This document shows positions 61,797 to 64,000 of a DNA stretch of 64,000 nt, piece by piece (positions within the stretch are counted from its first letter, which is position 1; each line of letters opens with the position of its first letter). A program made the translations under genes and the position numbers. The notes beneath the pieces were generated by a model. That model was not told the origin of the DNA, searched no databases, and worked only from the letters and a program-made list of their open reading frames with translations. The stretch comes from Chrysomallon squamiferum (taxonomy: Eukaryota; Animalia; Mollusca): assembly GCA_012295275.1 (NCBI GenBank), contig CM022672.1:16926001-16990000 (forward strand), given 5' to 3'.

Positions 61797-63551
61797 TTAT
61801 GGATATTCTTATCGATGAATGAAAAAAAAAAAACTGCGGTTTGTGTGTATGCATTTATTTCCTGGAGTTGTTCCTCGTCAGAATGATTAGAGGATGGGTG
61901 TAAAATATTAGGTAGCGTCAGAGATAGGCAAAATTAACAAACAAACAAACAAACAAATAAATATTACGCATTTGTTATTTTATTTTATTGTAATTTAATT
62001 TAATTTTATTTAATTAATTTTTCTCTTTCTTTCTCAGTTATACAAATTTAATAATTATTTTTCTTTTGTATAACAATATCATTATTTGTCACAACTCTTC
62101 AAAATAACAATAAACGTTTAAAATACCTTGATTATAGTACTTATTGAATAAACGTTATTATTATTTTGTTAAATAAGTCTGAAAATTGTTAATTATGAAC
62201 GATAAAAACAAAATTAAGATGTTTTTCCAATTACTGAACTATTTTTGTTCTTTTGAATGATCAAACTTGTCGTATGTTTGCATCTTCCCAATACTCTAAG
62301 GAAGCTTAACGTTTTCTTCTTTTGCTTTATTTTGGAATTAAGAATTTATTTTAGTTCTCTTAAAACTATAAATACATTTTCTCGCTCTGATAATGCAAAT
62401 AAACATTTTGTGGTCTATTTATGATATCATGACTCTCCAGACATAATTTTGTAAACTGAGTCCAATGTTTAATTGTAGCAAAACTTTTTGTTGATCTCTA
62501 GGCATCCACAAACCGTATCCATACAGTAAGCATGGTGGGAGACCAGACTGTAAGCATGAGTCAAACTGTTAATTATATTACACGGTGTACGTTATTATAA
62601 AAGAAATAAGAAAAAATGGCAATGACTTTGTTTATCAGGACTGATACGGGGTTCAACCAGGGCGTTACTATTCGTCCATTACGTTTTTGTTTATTGTTGC
62701 ATTTACAGACTCTTAACTCAGCCAGTACTGACGATCCACTAACGTTGTGTCACTTAACATTGAAAAAAATATATTTCCCTTTTTGTTCGATTCAATTTTC
62801 TAGCGGCTTAGGGGGTCAATTAAACCTCTAATACTTCTTAATAAACGATGACAAAACAGAATGCTATATATATATATATTTTATGAACTGCGACTCCTCC
62901 GGAAACAGTAATCTTATTCTTACCTGTGTACGTTAGTGCGAGACCTAGCTTGCTATTTGTATACTGGAGACCAAACATCTGATTTCATTACAAATATCTT
63001 AAGGGAGAACAATTCATATTGGTGGAAAAAATATCAGAAACACGGATTTTATGACCGGGTACACAAAAGACTTAGAAAGAGCAACAGGTCCATTATTGGA
63101 AAATCATAATATGTCGTTGAGAAAGTATTATAGCTTTTAGAAAAAATAAAATAAAAATAAGAAAAAGAGAAGAATGTCGAATTAAATTAATAGTGTGCAT
63201 TGTGCTAGTGAGAGAATTTCGACTTTTCACTTTCTTTAAGGTGACTGAGGACGTTTCCAGTCAACCAGTGCTGGTCGCTTTGCTTCAGGTCGGGCGAAAA
63301 CACACTGACAAAAGCGAAAACAAAAAACGAATGTACCTCCTGGATGGGTGTGTTGGTTAAAGGGGAAGGGGCAACTTATCCCGATTAACTGTCGCCTTTT
63401 GTAAGACGACCGCGAATGAAAGTAATAAGGATAAACACAGGAACAAAAAAAATACTTTGCCGAGCCGCGTACTCGCTTAGCCTTGTAACTTGCAGGCCGA
63501 CCAGTACACACACGTGGTGGAGGAAACACGGCCGAAAGATTCACTTCGGAC

Positions 63552-64000
<449 letters not shown>

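Overview
AT-rich, microsatellite-dense animal genomic DNA, probably a lophotrochozoan or mollusc (inferred from composition and protein divergence only). Four protein-coding genes were reconstructed by hand from GT-AG exons. (1) An intronless immediate-early-response (IER2/IER5-family) gene, minus strand, 17839-18666, with a CRE/CCAAT/MEF2 promoter. (2) Folylpolyglutamate synthase FPGS, minus, 13 exons, 23696-33089. (3) MAP2K7/MKK7, plus, 13 coding exons, 34615-44120, head-to-head with FPGS. (4) A BarH-like homeobox gene, minus, 3 exons, 48680-55836. The window also holds three intact non-autonomous DNA transposons (two hAT, one TTAA/Kolobok-type) and a 1.26-kb intronic minisatellite. The most notable observations are: a 1-nt frameshift in the MKK7 kinase C-lobe, probably an assembly error; a duplicated JNK-docking region in MKK7 that splicing could tune; tandem arrays copied from MKK7 exon/donor junctions that look like microexon or decoy splice-site arrays; dual ATGs plus a uORF and an E2F site at FPGS; and an IER-FPGS-MKK7-BarH linkage resembling the human 9q34/19p13/chr1 paralogon. 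No clearly novel multi-gene system could be demonstrated from sequence alone. Most ORFs in the supplied track are microsatellite artefacts.
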